From NCBI RefSeq assembly GCF_029504745.1, contig NZ_JAQFIQ010000022.1:1-32000 (forward strand): a stretch of DNA of 32,000 nucleotides, in the 5' to 3' direction. Below the pieces are notes generated by a model that was given only the letters and a program-made list of their open reading frames with translations, had not been told where the DNA came from and made no database searches. The stretch comes from Breznakia sp. PF5-3 (lineage in GTDB: Bacteria; Bacillota_I; Bacilli_A; Erysipelotrichales; Erysipelotrichaceae). The position numbers and the translations under genes were made by a program. This document shows positions 1-9,719 of this stretch, in pieces. The first letter of the stretch is position 1. Each line of letters opens with the position of its first letter.

Positions 1-119
1 TTTCAAGCACTAGCAACAAGATTTTTATAGAGGATTCACCTCTGAAGCAAGACAATTGCACTTTTTTGATAGATTATAGTTAATTTTATTTAGCTGTTGA
101 CATCTAATAGTTTGTCTTC

Positions 120-1565
<1,446 letters not shown>

Positions 1566-1907
1566 CTAATTTTTAAATTCTTTATACAATACCTCAGCAA
1601 CTTCTACCATTTGCTTGGCAATTTTCTCTTCTGACATTATAGTCATTAATGTATCTTGAGCATGGTTAAATAATAAGCTCGCTTCATATGTCTTCCCACT
1701 TGTTTCATTTTGAATGATTTGTGTTTGTGCAACATGAGCTTGTCTTATACATTCCTCTGCTTCTATCAATACTTCTTTTGCTTTCATAAAGTTAAACTCT
1801 TTCACTTCATCCAAAGCTTTTTCTATTTTAAGTCTGGCATCACCTGCATGAAGTATTATTTGCATTGCAACTTCAACCAATTCATTTTCATTAATAAAAT
1901 CAGACAT
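1566..1907 (-). CDS. PTS lactose/cellobiose-family EIIA component
   Basis: 113 aa, the size and helical character of PTS_IIA_lac proteins. Conserved His context LLFNHAQDTLMT. SD AAAGGA is upstream. Sits between IIC and the GH1 gene. Confidence 0.9.
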   Translation of the reverse strand: MSDFINENELVEVAMQIILHAGDARLKIEKALDEVKEFNFMKAKEVLIEAEECIRQAHVAQTQIIQNETSGKTYEASLLFNHAQDTLMTIMSEEKIAKQMVEVAEVLYKEFKN

Positions 1908-1922
1908 ATAAAATTATCCTTT

Positions 1923-3176
1923 CTATTCCTTATCTGCTAACGCTTCAACTCTTTCTTTCTCTAAACATTCTTTTTCATACACCTTGAAGAATGGATACCA
2001 AATAAACAGATAAATTACAAACAATACAACAGCCCATATAATTCCTCTAAAATCTTGTGTAATCATCACCGTTGAAATTGGTACTGGTACTTGTCCTACT
2101 TGATTTAAAGTAGCTGGTATATTTAACCATCCCAAACTCATAACAAGGTATACAATGGTTGGACCTACAATTCCATTGATCCACATTGGTAACATCAATA
2201 TTGGATTAAACACAACTGGGGCACCAAACATAATTGGCTCATTAATATTGAAAATAGATGGACCAATGAAGATTCTACCCATAGTCTTTAAATTTTTTGA
2301 TTTCGAGAACATCATTAAGATATTAAGTCCTAAGGTTGCTCCCATACCCCCCATGGTGATTAATGCTGCTGTAAACACGGTTTCACTAGTTGCGATATTC
2401 GTTGCTATTCCACCTGCTGCTACAGCATCAATGTTTGCTTGAATACCAGCTAAATAAATTGGTGTTGCAACAGCTCCAAACAGCCAAGAAGAAACTCCCA
2501 TTGAATATAAAACAACTGGGATAAAACACAATAATACAAAACCCGGTAATGTTTGACCAAAATCTGCTAGTGGACTAAACACGGATAAAATCGCTTCAAA
2601 AATATCAATTTCTAAATGTACTGTAATAATCATTGAAATTCCTAAACACAATACTGTAGGTATAATATAATTTATCCATCCAGAAACAAAATCTGGAATT
2701 GATGTTGAACTATCTAAGAATTTTAATTTTGACCACAAGTTAAATATAATTGATGTAAATAACCCTGCAATCAATCCTGCTGCAATTCCTGTTGCTCCTA
2801 ATCTTCCACCAGGAATAATAAAGTTATATGCTTCATCTGTTGTTGGCATTACAAACATTAAGAATACTGCAATTGCAACCAATCCACAATTTGTCGTATA
2901 GAAAGGTTTCCCTAATTTTTCCATTACTTGTTGTCCAACAACAAATGCAAGTGTTAATGATATGATACCAAAACTGTAATCAGCAATTGGTCCTAAATCT
3001 GGTAATGCTGGTATATAAGATCTAAATACGTTATAAAAATAAATCAATGATCCCGTTAAGATAAACGGAATAACCTTTTGCATTGAACTTGATACCGCAG
3101 AAATCCAAGGACGTCCACATATTTCGTTCATTTTTGGTGCAAATGAATTTGCTAACCAATCCATAAATTTTTTCAT
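1923..3176 (-). CDS. PTS cellobiose/lactose-family EIIC permease
   Basis: 417-aa polytopic membrane protein rich in G/I/L/F with about 10 hydrophobic segments. AAGGAG lies 6 nt before the ATG. Flanked by IIB and IIA genes. Confidence 0.9.
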   Translation of the reverse strand: MKKFMDWLANSFAPKMNEICGRPWISAVSSSMQKVIPFILTGSLIYFYNVFRSYIPALPDLGPIADYSFGIISLTLAFVVGQQVMEKLGKPFYTTNCGLVAIAVFLMFVMPTTDEAYNFIIPGGRLGATGIAAGLIAGLFTSIIFNLWSKLKFLDSSTSIPDFVSGWINYIIPTVLCLGISMIITVHLEIDIFEAILSVFSPLADFGQTLPGFVLLCFIPVVLYSMGVSSWLFGAVATPIYLAGIQANIDAVAAGGIATNIATSETVFTAALITMGGMGATLGLNILMMFSKSKNLKTMGRIFIGPSIFNINEPIMFGAPVVFNPILMLPMWINGIVGPTIVYLVMSLGWLNIPATLNQVGQVPVPISTVMITQDFRGIIWAVVLFVIYLFIWYPFFKVYEKECLEKERVEALADKE

Positions 3177-3273
3177 ATAATTCTCCTTATTTATTTGAAC
3201 ATAAATTTTGCTTTTCTACGTTTATTTCATGTATAATATAGTAGAAAGATATACACATTAATTTCTTTCAGTT

Positions 3274-3306
3274 GAGTTAAGTCTGACCACTTAACTCTTT
3301 TATTTT
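3274..3306 (+). terminator. hairpin plus U-tract that reads as an intrinsic terminator only on the plus strand (inside the IIB-IIC spacer)
   Basis: GAGTTAAGT (3274-3282), loop CTGACC, ACTTAACTC (3289-3297), followed on the plus strand by TTTTATTTT (3298-3306). On the minus strand the stem is followed by AACTGAAAG, with no U-tract. Confidence 0.35.
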
Positions 3307-3620
3307 GCATCATTAATTGTTTCCAATGCTAACTTAAGTAGCTCATCGCCTCTTAGTTGTGAATATACAACCTGTGGAATTACCACTACTGGCACATTAT
3401 AGGGCGAAGCCATATTTTCAAACTTTTCCAATTCATTTCCATAATGTGGTCCAATCATTAATACATCGATAGAGCTCATATAACTTGCTATATCAGCAAT
3501 ACTCCGTGCTTCTACCGAAACTGAAATACCTTCTTTTTTTGCTGCTTGTCTAGTTTTTTGAGCCAAAAAACCACTCGACATCCCTGCTCCACAGCACAAC
3601 AATATTTTTTTAGTCTCCAC
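3300..3620 (-). CDS. PTS lactose/cellobiose-family EIIB component
   Basis: 106 aa with N-terminal KILLCCGAGMSSG phospho-cysteine loop. GTG start preceded by AAGGAGGTG. Confidence 0.9.
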   Translation of the reverse strand: METKKILLCCGAGMSSGFLAQKTRQAAKKEGISVSVEARSIADIASYMSSIDVLMIGPHYGNELEKFENMASPYNVPVVVIPQVVYSQLRGDELLKLALETINDAK

Positions 3621-3652
3621 TCGTTCACCTCCTTTGGTTTTCTTATGATTTC

Positions 3653-3681
3653 ATTATCTTCGTTTTTTTCATCCTCATCAA
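3653..3681 (-). promoter_or_regulatory. candidate sigma-A promoter of the PTS operon (TTGATG-17 nt-GATAAT)
   Basis: On the minus strand, TTGATG (3681-3676), a 17-nt spacer, then GATAAT (3658-3653), about 30 nt upstream of the IIB SD. Confidence 0.5.
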
Positions 3682-3682
3682 C

Positions 3683-3714
3683 TTAACTTTTGCACGGGGT
3701 AGTGCAAAAGTTAA
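3683..3714. promoter_or_regulatory. perfect 13-bp inverted repeat abutting the PTS promoter -35 (candidate LicR-type activator site)
   Basis: TTAACTTTTGCAC (3683-3695), a 6-nt spacer, then GTGCAAAAGTTAA (3702-3714). It ends 1 nt from the -35 hexamer and has no U-tract on either strand. Confidence 0.5.
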
Positions 3715-3782
3715 ATTGTCAGTCTTTCTTTCTTCCACTATAATAGAAGAAAAGAACACATTATAATTAGGGGTTTATTATT

Positions 3783-5708
3783 ATGAAGAAAAAACACATT
3801 GAATTAATAAACTATTTGTGTGAGCAAACGCGACCGACAACAAGCAAAGAATTATCCAATGCCCTTGGTGTTTCAGTCCGTTCAATAAAAAACTATGTAA
3901 ACACATTAAATATTCAAGCAAACGAAAAAATAATTTTATCTTCCAACACAGGTTATACCATTCACAAAAGTATCGCTCTAAAGTTATTAGACCATCAAGA
4001 TACCCAGATTCCACAAACCAGTGAAGAAAGAGCTTTTTATATTGTGAAACAAATTCTTGTTGCACACACATCACATTTAGATCTTTATGAACTGTGTGAA
4101 AGTCTTTATGTAAGTTATTCCACACTAAAAGCAGATATCGCCAAAATGAACAAAGCGTTTTCTAACTTTCATATTGAATTCGTTTGCGAAAATGATACAT
4201 TAAAAATTATTGGAAGCGAAAAAAACAAACGTAAACTTGTAAGTTATGTTATTTATGAAGAAACTAATAATAAATTCATGAATGCAGATATTATTAAAGA
4301 TAGTTTCCAAGATATGCCAATTGATAAAATAAACAATGTCATCACTAAAACATTCAACAAATATAATTACTATATCAATGATTTCGCAAACATAAACTTA
4401 CTTTTGCATATTGTGATTATCATTGATCGAATCAAAGAAGGGAATATCGTTAATCAAAAAAATGCTGACTTTGTTATTGAAGATGAAAACGAACATTCTT
4501 TAGTCTTTGAATTATGTGCTTTATTAGAAAAAGAATTTGATATTAAATTTAATAAAAGTGAACAATATGAAATATATATGCTTTTCAAAACCAATGCTAA
4601 TTATTCATTGCCGTCAAGTCAAGATACACTACGAAAAATTGTTGGATCTGATATCATTCATTTAGCGAATGATATTATTGAAAAAGTAAATGAATATTAT
4701 TATATCAATTTAGGAAACGAGAATTTCCTAACCCCCTTTACACTACATCTGAAAAACCTTATCCTGCGAGCAAAAAACGGAGCCTTTACAAAAAATCCGA
4801 TGACACAAAGTATAAAAACTTCCTGTCCTACGGTATACGATATCGCAATTTATATATCTATTGAATTAATGGATCACTATAATATCCATATCAATGAGGA
4901 TGAGGTTACCTTTTTAGCTCTACATATCGGTGCTGAAATTGAACGCCAAAAGACCAATGATGAAAAAGTAAAATGTATTTTATTATGTCCTGAATACATG
5001 AAGATCAGCACCCAAATATATAATCAATTATTAATTGAATTTGGAAATCAAATTGATATTATAAAAACGATTACAAGCGAAGAAGATTTAGATAAATACT
5101 CTTTTAGCATGTGTATTACAACTGTTCGTTTACAAAAGAAAATTGTTCAAGATGTTATCTTTATTCCACCATTTCTTCAACAAGTAGATAAAGTACAAAT
5201 CTATGATACAATCAATAAAATATACAATAACCGTAAAAATTGGATTTTAAAAAGTAAATTTCATCAATTTTTCTCTGCTGAATTATTTTTAGCAAATTCA
5301 AACGAATCCACCAAACATGAAGTCCTTCATGTTTTATCATCAAAAATGCTTGATTTAAACTACGTTGATGAAACTTTTGAAGAAAAAGTACTCATCCGTG
5401 AGAATGCTGCTTCCACAGCCTTTGGAAACATTGCAATTCCTCATGCTATGAAAATGGAGGCGCTCAAAACTAGTGTTAGTGTTTGCATTTCTAAAAAAGG
5501 TATCCATTGGAATAATCAACTCGTAAATATTGTTCTTCTAGTTGCCATCAATAAAGCAGATAAACGAATTTTCCATGATTTATACGAAGCATTGGTAGAG
5601 TTGTTTAGCAAAGAAAAAGTTATTCAACTAGTTAAAGAATGTAATACCTTTACCGATTTTGAAAACTTGATTTTAGAAAATATTGTCACTGAATATGAAA
5701 AGACCTAA
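3783..5708 (+). CDS. PRD-domain transcriptional activator with EIIB(Gat)-like and EIIA(Mtl/Fru)-like domains (LicR/ManR/MtlR type)
   Basis: 641 aa. N-terminal HTH (TSKELSNALGVSVRSIKNYV). PRD histidine contexts NLLLHIVIIIDR, FTLHLKNLILR and FLALHIGAEIER. EIIB-like Cys in KCILLCPEY. EIIA-like His in NIAIPHAM. Divergent from the PTS operon. Confidence 0.88.
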   Translation: MKKKHIELINYLCEQTRPTTSKELSNALGVSVRSIKNYVNTLNIQANEKIILSSNTGYTIHKSIALKLLDHQDTQIPQTSEERAFYIVKQILVAHTSHLDLYELCESLYVSYSTLKADIAKMNKAFSNFHIEFVCENDTLKIIGSEKNKRKLVSYVIYEETNNKFMNADIIKDSFQDMPIDKINNVITKTFNKYNYYINDFANINLLLHIVIIIDRIKEGNIVNQKNADFVIEDENEHSLVFELCALLEKEFDIKFNKSEQYEIYMLFKTNANYSLPSSQDTLRKIVGSDIIHLANDIIEKVNEYYYINLGNENFLTPFTLHLKNLILRAKNGAFTKNPMTQSIKTSCPTVYDIAIYISIELMDHYNIHINEDEVTFLALHIGAEIERQKTNDEKVKCILLCPEYMKISTQIYNQLLIEFGNQIDIIKTITSEEDLDKYSFSMCITTVRLQKKIVQDVIFIPPFLQQVDKVQIYDTINKIYNNRKNWILKSKFHQFFSAELFLANSNESTKHEVLHVLSSKMLDLNYVDETFEEKVLIRENAASTAFGNIAIPHAMKMEALKTSVSVCISKKGIHWNNQLVNIVLLVAINKADKRIFHDLYEALVELFSKEKVIQLVKECNTFTDFENLILENIVTEYEKT

Positions 5709-5733
5709 ACATTTTGTTTAGGTCTCATTTTTT
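5701..5733. terminator. bidirectional intrinsic terminator between the PRD regulator and the histidine kinase genes
   Basis: AGACCTAAAC (5701-5710), loop ATTTT, GTTTAGGTCT (5716-5725), then CATTTTTT. The stem overlaps both convergent stop codons. Confidence 0.8.
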
Positions 5734-6870
5734 AGGCAACTCTAAAATAAACGAAGTTATCTGATTCTGACTCTTTGCTATAATCTTACCACCATGAGAT
5801 TCAACAATATTCTTAGCGATAGCCAAACCTAACCCACTACCTCCTGTTTTGGTCTGTCTTGCCTCATCTCCACGATAGAACTTATCAAAAATTCGTTCTA
5901 ACTCACTTTCACTAATCTCTACTCCTGTATTTTCAATACGCACCATTGCCTTTTCTTCATCTTCCTCAATCAAAACATTAATCTCCCCATCAAACGGTGT
6001 ATAACGTATTGCATTCATCAAAACATTTTCTATGGCTCTAGCTAATTTTTCATCATCTGCAAAAACATGGGTTGATTTCTTTGCCTGAATATCAACCTTG
6101 ATATTCTTAGCTTCAAAATTTGCTTGATACTCTTCTATCATCTGTTGAATTAGCATATACAAGTTTACATCTTGTTTTACAAGTTCAAGTTGTGAAATAT
6201 TAAACCTCGTTATTTCAAACAATTCTTCTACTAATGTTTGAATCTTTTCAGATTTCTGTAACGCAATCTTAATAAATCGTTGCCGTTGCTCATCGCTCAA
6301 TTCATTATTTTCATCAAGTAAAATTAAATACCCTAAAACCGAAGCAAGGGGTGTTCTAATATCATGGGCCAAATACACAATCAAATCATCTTTTCTTTGC
6401 TCAGCATCCTTTGCTGCATATTTCCATAATTGAATTTCTTTATTAACTTGGGTAAGCTCTTTTTCTAAATCACTTAGGTAAGAAGGCAAATGAATTTCTT
6501 CTTGTTTGTCATCCAACTGAATATTATCTTTCACAATCCCTGCAATCTCTTGCAGAGATGGTTGTATTATCCAACCTGAAAAAATCAAAAATGCTGCTAG
6601 AAAAACAAGGATATATACCTGTAATTGATAGGTAGATAAAAAATAAAAGATATCATAATAAATTTTTGGTGCATCTATTTCTGTTCTAATTACATTATCA
6701 AGATACTCTCTTATAAAAATACCAACAATTGCGCACACAATAAGTGACCCCAAACCTACGATAAACATCCGAAATAGTATTTTGGAATTCCATAATCTAT
6801 ATTTAGCTTTCAATTTTATAACCCACCCCCCAAATCGTTTGAATAAACTTTTTCTTTTTCTGGGTATCAT
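5725..6870 (-). CDS. sensor histidine kinase, VanS-like (two TM helices with a short external loop)
   Basis: H-box YLAHDIRTPLASVLGYLILLDE followed by FEITRFNISQ, which resembles VanS-type kinases as I recall them. N box NAIRYTP and G box GGSGLGLAIAKNIVESHGG. The start is uncertain: ATG 6870 overlaps the regulator gene by 68 nt and has only a weak AAAAAG upstream, and the next in-frame ATG is at 6768. Confidence 0.85.
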   Translation of the reverse strand: MIPRKRKSLFKRFGGWVIKLKAKYRLWNSKILFRMFIVGLGSLIVCAIVGIFIREYLDNVIRTEIDAPKIYYDIFYFLSTYQLQVYILVFLAAFLIFSGWIIQPSLQEIAGIVKDNIQLDDKQEEIHLPSYLSDLEKELTQVNKEIQLWKYAAKDAEQRKDDLIVYLAHDIRTPLASVLGYLILLDENNELSDEQRQRFIKIALQKSEKIQTLVEELFEITRFNISQLELVKQDVNLYMLIQQMIEEYQANFEAKNIKVDIQAKKSTHVFADDEKLARAIENVLMNAIRYTPFDGEINVLIEEDEEKAMVRIENTGVEISESELERIFDKFYRGDEARQTKTGGSGLGLAIAKNIVESHGGKIIAKSQNQITSFILELPKK

Positions 6871-7492
6871 TTAACTTTTTACGAATACTTTGCATATGTA
6901 CCATCACTGTATTGTTATTATCAAAATATCGCTCCTTCCATACAGATTCAAAAATATTCTCACTACTCAACACCTTCCCTTGATTTTCAAAAAGCAAAAC
7001 TAAAATTGAAAATTCCAAGTTTGTGAGCATAACTTCCTTCCCATATAATAAACAACGATGAGAAGCTGGAAACAATTCCAAACCATGAATCTCATAATAG
7101 CGATCTTCGCTTACTTTATCTACTTTATTGATATTTGCTCTACGTAATTGCGCATTTACTCTAGCAATTACCTCTAATGGATTAAATGGTTTAATCATGT
7201 AATCATCTGCGCCAATCATTAACCCATTTATCTTATCTTGGTCTTCATCCTTTGCTGTAAGCATGATAACAGGAAATGTATAACCAGCCTCACGAAACTT
7301 ACGACACAAATCAAACCCATTGATTTTGGGCATCATAATATCTAAAATCGCTAAATCAACAGTATCCAAATCTGTTTTCAATGCTTCTTCTGGTGAATCA
7401 AACTTTTCTACTTCGTGCTGATTATTGCGCAAATACAACTCTAATAGATTTAAAATTTCTATCTCATCATCAACAATTAAAATTTTAGCCAC
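6803..7492 (-). CDS. OmpR/VanR-family response regulator
   Basis: Receiver domain (ILIVDDE ... LAILDIMMP ... MLTAKD) plus winged-helix C-terminus (IQTIWGVGYKI). Start moved from ORF-track ATG 7513, which has no SD, to GTG 7492, preceded by AGAGGGAG plus 6 nt. This gives the typical MAKILIVDDE N-terminus. Confidence 0.88.
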   Translation of the reverse strand: MAKILIVDDEIEILNLLELYLRNNQHEVEKFDSPEEALKTDLDTVDLAILDIMMPKINGFDLCRKFREAGYTFPVIMLTAKDEDQDKINGLMIGADDYMIKPFNPLEVIARVNAQLRRANINKVDKVSEDRYYEIHGLELFPASHRCLLYGKEVMLTNLEFSILVLLFENQGKVLSSENIFESVWKERYFDNNNTVMVHMQSIRKKLNDTQKKKKFIQTIWGVGYKIES

Positions 7493-7538
7493 AGTATTCT
7501 CCCTCTTTTTCATATCGTATCATAAATCGTAATTAAAA

Positions 7539-7608
7539 TTCTTAAGTTTTTCTTAAATTTTAATATTTCTGTTAAGAAAAACTTAATTCCCTTTTATGTT
7601 CATCTTAA
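7539..7608. promoter_or_regulatory. phased TTCTTAA repeat array / 15-bp inverted repeat in the divergent two-component-system/peptidase promoter region (candidate response-regulator operator)
   Basis: TTAAGTTTTTCTTAA (7542-7556) and its exact reverse complement TTAAGAAAAACTTAA (7572-7586). CTTAA pentamers start at 7541, 7552, 7582 and 7604 (spacings 11, 30 and 22 bp). The heptamer TTCTTAA occurs exactly 3 times. Confidence 0.5.
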
Positions 7609-7658
7609 AAAACAAAAAGCTTATTCATGGTTGAATAGAAGAGAAAGAGGTGACAACC

Positions 7659-8498
7659 ATGAAGAAGAATACAATATCTTCAAAATTTATATACTTGCTA
7701 TTATTAAACATGATAATATTTGCAATTGCTATCCTTACTGTTTTTATCCTTCCTAAAACAGAGAATCACCCAAAGGCGAGTCCATCCATAAGTAGAAAAT
7801 ACCCAAAAGATTCAAAAAAGGGTCAACTAGAATCAATGATGGAAAAATATCCAGATATCGGTTATATACTAGACCATTTTGATGAATATCCCTCAGAGAT
7901 TATTGATTTCTTATTAAACAATCCTGATACTTTAGATTTTGCTTTACAATATCTTAAACAAAAAGATAAGCTTGATGATAACTTATCAAGTATTGATCTT
8001 TTAAGCTTCCCTAAACTCTATCAATGGGATCCACGATGGGGATATACAAATTATGGTGATAGTATGATGGCTTTTACAGGATGTGGACCAACCGTACTAT
8101 CTATGGCTGCAATACATCTTACCAAAGATATCACATATACACCTTATTATATCTCCCAATTCAGCGAGCAAAATGGCTTCTATGTTCCCTCTATAGGAAC
8201 ATCATGGGATTTATTCACCCAAGGAAGTAAAGCATTGGGTTTAAACTGTTCTCCTTTATCCCTTGATGAACAATATATTAACCAAGTTCTTGAAAATGGC
8301 GGGTTAGTTATATGCAGTATGCGACCTGGTGATTTCACAAATACTGGTCACTTTATTATTATCTATGGAAAAGATAAAAATGGCTATTATAAACTTCATG
8401 ACCCCAATAGTAAAGAACGTTCTCAAAAGACATGGAGTTATGAAAAATTAGCTTATCAAATTAATAATTTGTGGGAAATCACTGCAAATAAAAATTGA
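7659..8498 (+). CDS. membrane-anchored C39-like (Peptidase_C39_2-type) cysteine peptidase domain protein
   Basis: N-terminal TM anchor (FIYLLLLNMIIFAIAILTVFIL). C-terminal domain has LYQWDPRWGYTNYG, the Cys motif TGCGPTVLSMAA and the His motif NTGHFIIIYG. Start set to ATG 7659 (AAGAGG 8 nt upstream), because the ORF-track GTG 7650 lies inside that SD. Confidence 0.75.
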   Translation: MKKNTISSKFIYLLLLNMIIFAIAILTVFILPKTENHPKASPSISRKYPKDSKKGQLESMMEKYPDIGYILDHFDEYPSEIIDFLLNNPDTLDFALQYLKQKDKLDDNLSSIDLLSFPKLYQWDPRWGYTNYGDSMMAFTGCGPTVLSMAAIHLTKDITYTPYYISQFSEQNGFYVPSIGTSWDLFTQGSKALGLNCSPLSLDEQYINQVLENGGLVICSMRPGDFTNTGHFIIIYGKDKNGYYKLHDPNSKERSQKTWSYEKLAYQINNLWEITANKN

Positions 8499-8521
8499 AG
8501 ATTAAAATCTTCAATTTTTTT
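8495..8521. terminator. bidirectional intrinsic terminator between the peptidase gene (+) and the MFS gene (-)
   Basis: TTGAAGA (8495-8501), loop, TCTTCAA (8508-8514), flanked by a plus-strand T7 run and an upstream A-rich run. Confidence 0.75.
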
Positions 8522-9719
8522 GTGTTAATTCTTTTTCGTTTTGTTTTCGACGATACATGGCCATTAATACTAGTGCACATCCAAAGAAGATACCTGCGAA
8601 AAGAAAAGACAACTTTGCTCCAAGTGCATAGATAAACCCTGCAAACAATGCACCTACAATCATCCCTAAACTCTTCATTGCATTATAAAATCCCATTACC
8701 ATACTACTATTCTCATTGTTACTATTTTTAGCACATAGATCTTGAACTAGTGGTATGTACATTGCATTAAAAGCAAAGAATATAATATTCACTAAAATAA
8801 ACGGTAAAATATCATCAAATAAGAAAATCATGAACAAACAAGTACTAGCACCTAAGAAAATATACATAAGTGATTTTCTAACATCTGTATTTCTTAAAAT
8901 CCATAAACAGATTGTTGTATTTGCCAATAAAGAAATAAAACCTACAACTGCTTTTAATGTTCCATTATAACTAGAATTAAAATCAAAAGCATCTTTTATA
9001 TAATAATTAAAACATTGATCATAGGCAGTAGATGCTAGAGAAGTAATGAATACAATAAGAAATAAAATTACAAACAGTTTATTCATAAACTGTCTTGAAT
9101 CAGAAAATGCTTTAAATGGATTTGCATCTCTAACAAATTTAAAAGTATCTTTTTGTGGTTGTTTATCATCTTCTAAAAGAAAGTAAAACATAACTCCACT
9201 AAGAATTAAAGTTCCTGCCTGTAACATAAAAGTAAACGGAATTGATATAACCCCAATAAAACCACCAATCAAATATCCAAAAGCACCAAATACAGTTGTA
9301 CAAGTTGCATTCAAGGCCAAATGTTTACCTCGAATTTCTGGGTTTCCTTTATTAATTACATAAGTAAGAAAGCTTACCATGATACCTCCAACAAAAAAAC
9401 CTGAAGTAAATCTTGCCATCAAAATCGTTCCTTGCTCTTGTGCCAACATGAACATAATCTGTCCAACTCCATATCCACAACAACAAATCAGCAAGGTTTT
9501 TCTACTACTAATCCGATTTACCATCTTTGCCCAAAACGGTGAAAACAAGAAATTTGTAAACGCCATGCCTGCAAAAGCTACCCCAAACATATAATCGGGT
9601 AGCTGTAAGTTTTTTATCAACGTTGGTGTGATTGGATGTGCAAAGTTGGCAGCAAGACTTTCAATCGCAACAATCGCTAAAAATAGATATAATTTTTTTT
9701 CACTTATATAATTATTCAT
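8511..9719 (-). CDS. MFS transporter (12-TM; substrate unknown)
   Basis: 402 aa with about 12 hydrophobic segments and a degenerate MFS motif-A-like loop [12 protein letters not shown] between TM2 and TM3. The ATG overlaps the uvrB stop (AATGAATAA). Confidence 0.85.
   Translation of the reverse strand: MNNYISEKKLYLFLAIVAIESLAANFAHPITPTLIKNLQLPDYMFGVAFAGMAFTNFLFSPFWAKMVNRISSRKTLLICCCGYGVGQIMFMLAQEQGTILMARFTSGFFVGGIMVSFLTYVINKGNPEIRGKHLALNATCTTVFGAFGYLIGGFIGVISIPFTFMLQAGTLILSGVMFYFLLEDDKQPQKDTFKFVRDANPFKAFSDSRQFMNKLFVILFLIVFITSLASTAYDQCFNYYIKDAFDFNSSYNGTLKAVVGFISLLANTTICLWILRNTDVRKSLMYIFLGASTCLFMIFLFDDILPFILVNIIFFAFNAMYIPLVQDLCAKNSNNENSSMVMGFYNAMKSLGMIVGALFAGFIYALGAKLSFLFAGIFFGCALVLMAMYRRKQNEKELTQKN

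Noticed and set aside
97-102. Consensus TTGACA on the plus strand just outside the 3' end of the GH1 gene.
   Set aside because: The best -10 at the right spacing is only TTAATC, and any transcript would run antisense into the GH1 gene with no ORF or terminator. This is probably a chance match in AT-rich DNA. I also could not identify a convincing terminator for the PTS operon in 1-119, so the operon may continue beyond the window.
3621-3782. Search for a catabolite-responsive element (cre, TGWNANCGNTNWCA) near the PTS operon and PRD-regulator promoters. The glgB and ptsH upstream regions were also scanned.
   Set aside because: No match better than about half of the consensus positions was found by eye. 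A weight-matrix scan is needed before claiming either absence or presence.
7493-7513. N-terminal extensions offered by the ORF track, shown here for the response regulator. The same issue arises at 7650, 15706, 19757, 20558, 29473, 30134, 30918 and 32000.
   Set aside because: In each case a downstream ATG or GTG is preceded by a GGAGG-type SD at 4-12 nt and gives the canonical family N-terminus. The longer start either lies inside the SD itself, inside the upstream gene or a terminator, or is a window-edge artefact.
7597-7635. 12-codon mini-ORF (MFILKNKKLIHG) in the two-component-system/peptidase intergenic region.
   Set aside because: There is no SD upstream (CCCTTTTATG), and it overlaps the predicted promoter/operator. 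This is most likely a chance ORF.
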